NCBI GenBank assembly: GCA_964016885.1
Contig: OZ024743.1
Coordinates: 216,008,001-216,072,000, forward strand
Length of the DNA: 64,000 nt
Origin: Eledone cirrhosa
Taxonomy: Eukaryota
Reading direction: 5' to 3'
The translations under genes and the position numbers were made by a program. Below the pieces are notes generated by a model. The model was not told the DNA's origin and did not search any database. It worked only from the letters and a program-made list of their open reading frames with translations. Positions 59,791 through 64,000 of the stretch are shown piece by piece (position 1 is the first letter of the stretch; each line of letters starts with the position of its first letter).

Positions 59791-59813
59791 CGTTTCTGAC
59801 CCTCCCAAAGCAT

Positions 59814-59855
<42 letters not shown>

Positions 59856-59878
59856 CGTTTCTGACCCTCCCAAAGCAT

Positions 59879-59967
<89 letters not shown>

Positions 59968-59970
<3 letters not shown>

Positions 59971-60365
59971 ATGATAATACATTTGAAGACTAAAATCCAA
60001 AGGGGCTCGATAAAGATAAATATATATCATATATATAAGAACCCTACCGCATTGCCAGGGAACGTATCCACGAACCACCTAAATAGAATATTAGTCTACG
60101 ACTTCATTTATACCATAAACGTGGTTTCGTCTTTGCGTGTAATTGTTCTCAAGGTTCCAAATAATGACGTATTATTTTCGCTTGTTCTGTTCATTGCCAG
60201 GGATTGTCTACACGAACCAAAGTATCGTCTTCCTGTTTTCCTTCGGTTGCAACGTTTTTTGAAATATTTACTTCCGCGTTCACAGATTGGTTTTTATAGT
60301 TTCAGAGGATCCCGTTAAGGGTGAAAGCAGCGATTATTTGCTTAAACTTCAATCTGTTATTTTAA
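59968..60365 (+). mobile_element. Diverged copy of the 17232-20668 PLE pLTR with inverted terminus; HHR-like motif at 60298-60348
   Basis: agttt-CAGAGGA-tcccgttaagggt-GAAAGCA...TGCTT-aaact. Confidence 0.8.
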
Positions 60366-60377
60366 TATATATATATA

Positions 60378-60754
<377 letters not shown>

Positions 60755-61473
60755 CTGATGGTAGCTAAGATGCTTCCATAGGCGGTATATATATATATAT
60801 ATATATATATATCACATAGGAAACAGAGAATCAGTGGTGCAACGAATAACATTTATTAGACATATTACAATCTTTTCTCTGGCGACCAGCTCGAGGCACG
60901 ATCGATGCAATGATCAAACCTGACTCTGAAATCGCAAGATCCTCGGATATGTCGCGATTCTACGAAGCAGAATTTCCAAATGTCCAGTTACGCCCTCTAC
61001 CTTCACTCGGCAGCTGAGATCCTGTTGTTTTCATTATACGAGTTGTCAAGAATTGTACACGTCATCGGTATTTTTGGCCACCCACGACCGTCGTATATCT
61101 GATTCCTTTCAATTGCCACCTGTCAATCAAAGTTGTTGCTTATATCGGGATTACAACTGTAGTGGGTAAGGGGTTGTATGATTGAACAGGTCGCGTCTTG
61201 TCGCAGCCCTGCCGGCCTGTATGCACATTAATGAATCTACTTAAAATTTGACTGAATGTTAAGTCATACGTATCTTATAACTTGTGTTAGTACGTTATGT
61301 GTGTAAGGAATAGTTCCTGCTAAATAAGTAGGGTTGCTAAGTTCGCGTGTGCGTGTACATATATAAACTTATGTGTATATATATATATATATGTATATAT
61401 ATGTGTGTGTGTGTATGTGAGCAGTGTATAATTGTCACAGACACAAACATATCTATCTATATATCTACCTATC

Positions 61474-61531
<58 letters not shown>

Positions 61532-61541
<10 letters not shown>

Positions 61542-62990
61542 AAGAATCAAAGAACTGTTCAAAACATTTTTGTGCTTACAACTGTTTCCTCCAAACCGAG
61601 GTTTGGATTCTTCGGAGCAATTTATTAATGAATGGACAGTTATATGACCTCCCTTTCCACCCAAAAGACATACAGATACATATGCAAATATTGTGGGTCA
61701 ACATTCATTACAGCATTTAGAGTGGCAGTACACACTTAGAGATTACATTCATATTAAAAGGTACAATCAAAAAATCAAAAATACAGGTTAAAATACAACA
61801 TGAAAATAAACGGTTATATAGTGCAAATGTTATATGTGTGGCAAGCACGTGCGTCTTGTTTATATAGTGTAGCAGAGAGTTACGTGTAGTAGAAGCACTT
61901 AGGTAGGTAAACAAGAGTGTTAGGTTGGTTGATCTGGTGGCAAATTCATTATATGATTGTTATAGTCTGTGTGTGGAGAAATGATATAAGCATTAAAAAT
62001 AGTGCAAGCATTAAAGATATTAAAAGTATTGGAAATGCACAGCGAAGGGATGATATGGACTTCATGCACTTCGACATTTTCATAGTCGGGGGAGTGTATT
62101 TTTCAGATTATATGCCCCTCACATAATCCACGACAATTCGATATTGAGCGTTTGACAATCCAGTTAGAGAATCGTAGTCTGATGTTCTTTAGTTCAATAC
62201 AGGTGGCTGTTACGTTTCGAGAATCGACATTGAATACAAAGAACATCAGACTACGATTTTCTAACTGGATTGTCAAACGCTCAATATCGTATTGTCGTGG
62301 ATTATGTGAGGGGCATATAATCTGAAAAATACACTCCCCTGACTATGAAAATGTCGAAGTGCAGGAAGTCCATATCATCCCTTCGCTGTGCATTTCCAAT
62401 ACTTTTAATATCTTTAATGCTTGCACTATTGTTAATGCTTATATCATTTCTCCACACACAGACTATAACAATCATATAAAGAATTTGCCACCAGATCAAC
62501 CAACCTAACACTCTTGTTTACCTACCTAAGTGCTTCTACTACACGTAACTCTCTGCCACACTATATAAACAAGACGCACGTGCTTGCCACACATATAACA
62601 TTTGCACTATATAACCGCTTATTTTCATGTTGTATTTTAACATGTATTTTTGATTTTTTATTGTACCTTTTAATATGAATGTAATCTCTAAGTGTGTACT
62701 GCCACTCTAAATGCTGTAATGAATGTTGACCCACAATATTTGCATATGTATCTGTATGTCTCTTGGGTGGAAAGGGAGGTCATATAACTGTCCATTCATT
62801 AATAAATTGCTCCGAAGAATCCAAACCTCGGTTTGGAGGAAACAGTTGTAAGCACAAAAATGTTTTGAACAGTTCTTTGATTCTTATATTTCATATAACT
62901 GCTCTGTAAATCATCTGATGTTTTTACATTGAGTTACTTAACTTACTGGTAATAAGGTAGTAATATATTACTGCCTACCACTATTTAGGG
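61532..62990 (+). mobile_element. Fold-back PLE 3' region: arms ~61532-62190 and ~62240-62895
   Basis: Mirror ORFs 61917-62126 (+) and 62302-62511 (-); HHR in each arm. Confidence 0.85.
62808..62854 (+). ncRNA. Minimal hammerhead ribozyme, C4 variant, GUA triplet; inverted copy at 61573-61619
   Basis: tgct-CCGAAGA-atccaaacctcggtttggag-GAAAC-agtt-GTA-agca. Confidence 0.7.
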
Positions 62991-63055
62991 TTTGTATAAA
63001 AAAATATAACTGCAAAAGGTTTTTGTATTTACATAACCATAAATAGTATAATTAA

Positions 63056-63144
<89 letters not shown>

Positions 63145-63169
63145 CATATATATATTTGTGTGTTTGTGT

Positions 63170-64000
63170 GTTGGTAGAGAGGCATGAGGGCACTTTTGAT
63201 GCCGGATGGGATGACTATTATTATACGCTTTTTCCAAGAGACAAGTTGTAGAGGCGGTTATTCGTTGGCGTATTCGTGTGAGAGTGTCAGCCCGTGCCCG
63301 CATATCATTGACGATCGCATCTGTAGTCCTCCGCGGAATGGCTAGTAATTGATACTCATGACCAGATTTCCATACTGGCCAGGTGCCTCTGGGGAAACGG
63401 TACGCCGGCTGGTGGTATTACACTACTGAGTATTAGTCATTCGTAACATTCACCGCATCTATCAGGGATATCTTCCTCTCAGCCCATTCCAAAGTGAGAC
63501 TGGCCAAATTCATCGCGATATTTTCTCAGTTAAAATAACACCCAAGCCCAATTGGACAGGTCAAATATCTAGGTGCAAAACACGACGGGATGGTGAAATT
63601 CGTTGAAAAACATGATAGGAGTAAGAAGCATCATTCTATCATGAAACAGATCAAAATATTTTCTGCTGATCTCATGACTATTATCTTAGTTTGGAGTGAA
63701 TGATTTAACTGTGACAACTTTTGTCGCAAAGTAAATAGAATTAATGGCTACGAAAAAAGAGGACGAAAACTTATCAACAGTGTGGGAGCAGAAAGTTTGG
63801 ATGGCAAATATGTTGCTCGTAGCAAACAAGTTGATGTTGACCAGTAGCTCTCCCTTCAGTGGGCATATATGTCAGGGATTGGTCTTAGCTGCCCAAGATC
63901 AAAAGCTTATTTTAATGGCACTATCGAGCCAATGTGTTGGGAAATAGAGCAGATCAAGAGTATCCTTGCTGCAATGATGCGATTCAAATTGTGGAGCAAT
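63170..64000 (+). pseudogene. Possible highly degraded LINE RT remnant
   Basis: Only GQVKYLGAK (~63555-63581) resembles an RT motif. Confidence 0.25.

Noticed and set aside
60813-61320. Solo LTR or further HHR element
   Set aside because: No clear TG...CA ends, target-site duplication or intact ribozyme core; left unclassified.

Overview
Eukaryotic, repeat-saturated DNA, most likely from an octopus or related cephalopod (inferred from the tRNA-derived Meta-domain SINEs and the very long (TA)n/(TATG)n tracts). I found no supportable host gene. Almost every non-microsatellite block is a mobile element inserted into (TA)n: a frameshifted Helitron Rep gene (1-3500, minus strand), five or more Penelope-like elements (PLEs; RT and/or GIY-YIG, several of Hydra type), an RTE LINE with bipartite non-autonomous RTE derivatives, two tandem near-full-length Tx1/L1-type LINEs, and SINEs. 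The main hidden signal is RNA-level. At least 11 sequence-unrelated repeat families each carry a type I hammerhead ribozyme (HHR) fold, read by eye, several with non-canonical cores (U3-A8 covariation, A4 or C4, CUU/AUA/GUA cleavage triplets). They usually sit in fold-back (inverted) insertions. One non-coding 591-bp HHR unit forms a near-identical tandem array that looks like a retrozyme, i.e. a reverse-transcribed circular RNA. The many YI-rich ORFs in the track are microsatellite artefacts.
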